DNA of 19,324 nt from Ginkgo biloba (lineage: Eukaryota; Plantae; Ginkgophyta), in NCBI GenBank assembly GCA_024626585.2, contig JANKJI020000002.1, forward strand, positions 67,733,342 through 67,752,665, in the 5' to 3' direction. Positions 18,226 through 19,324 of the stretch are shown here, one piece after another (the stretch's first letter is position 1; every line of letters starts with the position of its first letter). The position numbers and the translations under genes were made by a program. The notes under the pieces are model-generated. The model saw only the letters and a program-made list of their open reading frames with translations. It had not been told where the DNA came from and made no database searches.

Positions 18226-19324
18226 CTAGTCACAGTATGGAATTGTGGTGGTTCACTCTTCTTCTCTTTGAGCTCCTCAAATGATTTGATCGACAAATTT
18301 GACCTAATTTTCTTTACCGAAACACATGAGATTGATGAGAAGCCACTCCTTGTCTTCTTAGGGTACTCTTGGCTATCATTGCATAGGTAGGAACCCTGCC
18401 TTGGTTGAAGAGGTTCTGATGGAATCACATGTCTCTATAAATATTACTTACCTCCCTTCATCCAACTTGAAGGCCCAGATATTCATGTCAAGTTTCTATG
18501 AGTATCCTTGGCAAGGAAACCCCCTTTTAGGAAACTTTTCTTTGGTGTATGCTACTTTCTTCCAGTCTCATCACCCTATGCCATTAAAGACATTGGAAAC
18601 TCTCCCTTCATAGATCTACAACCTAAAATATCAAATATTTTGGCTATTGGAGACATTCTTTGTGTAGGTGACTTCAATGCATGCAGTGCACAAGGAATGA
18701 CCTCTACTCAAACCCATTAATGACTCAAGTAGTGGTCTTTCAATTAGAGGCTTTATACCAAACTTCAATTAGTGACACCTTATGGTAAACACTTGGTTAT
18801 CTTAAGAGACTCTAATGATTTGGTCATCCTCAAAGAGAGTAAATTATTTCCATATTCTAGGGGTTCTACATTCTTTCCTTTTGTTGGTGGCTCTTTCTTT
18901 GTTGACTATATTCTTGTTAATAGGGTTGTACTATCAAAAATATAAAATCTTCAAGTATCTCCCACACCTCCTCCCCTCATTGACCATGATTCCCTATCTT
19001 TTTAGGTTCCACTTGGATGCCCCCCCTCTAATCCTAGTCCTAATCGACCTTGGAAATCCACCATCATCCATTTTGACCACCATCTCGATGATCAATAGAG
19101 AAACTTCCAAAAAATAAGGCTCCTATTAGTTTATGATATTCACAATCTGATCAAGCACTCCCTCTACTTCACCCAGGCCATTTTATCTTCTATGCTTAAC
19201 ACCTTCACCCATTCCATCCTCACTCCTTGCCCTATCAAAAATGGCCACTATCCTTGTAATGCTTGGTATGACTCAGATTGTAAAAAAATTCATAGCCTAA
19301 CCAAATATATTATGATGCATATAC
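18226..19324 (+). mobile_element. LINE ORF2 remnant: APE endonuclease and linker (RTEX/L2/CR1-like); continues beyond the window
   Basis: A single frame carries the ordered APE motifs VWNCGG (WN at 18238), DLIFFTETH, RGSDGI, CYFLP, GDFNA (18667-18681), YGKHL...LVIL, VDYILV (18901) and IDH (18979-18987), then PCNAWYDSDC (WYDSDC at 19264-19281). In-frame stops occur at 18388, 18406, 18499, 18718 and later. Confidence 0.92.

Noticed and set aside
18063-19117. ORFs 18063-18428 (-), 18401-18613 (+) and 18815-19117 (+)
   Set aside because: Off-frame or antisense shadows of the LINE ORF1/ORF2 remnant.
1-19324. A novel multi-gene system (defence island, operon, endogenous virus)
   Set aside because: All recognisable coding remnants are explained by known retroelement domains plus one host exon. 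Many other listed ORFs reach the length threshold only because they span N gaps.

Overview
Eukaryotic, AT-rich land-plant nuclear DNA, probably from a large, heavily methylated genome. A gymnosperm is my inference from the Tat-type retroelement domains and the intron scale. The sequence is broken by many short N gaps. The only convincing host coding sequence is one intact + strand internal exon (14172-14523) of a choline transporter-like (CTL/SLC44/PNS1 family) membrane protein, ending in a perfect GTAAGT donor. Everything upstream is decayed repeat sequence: Ty3/gypsy remnants on the - strand (aspartic protease, three separate integrase remnants, an RT scrap and an archaeal-type RNase H), a degenerate minisatellite, an old ~1.3 kb tandem duplication and several copies of an unclassified repeat. 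Downstream of the exon lie a CpG-retaining island, a DNA-transposon-like array of repeats and hairpins, a TGCCA/TGGCA motif cluster, and a decayed APE-type LINE (ORF1 C-terminus plus ORF2 endonuclease, RTEX/L2-like) running off the window end. I found no prokaryotic genes, RNA genes or CRISPR array, and cannot support a new multi-gene system. The most unexplained parts are the isolated exon and the CpG-rich 16.0-16.5 kb block. All translations and alignments were done by eye and family assignments come from recalled motifs, not database searches.
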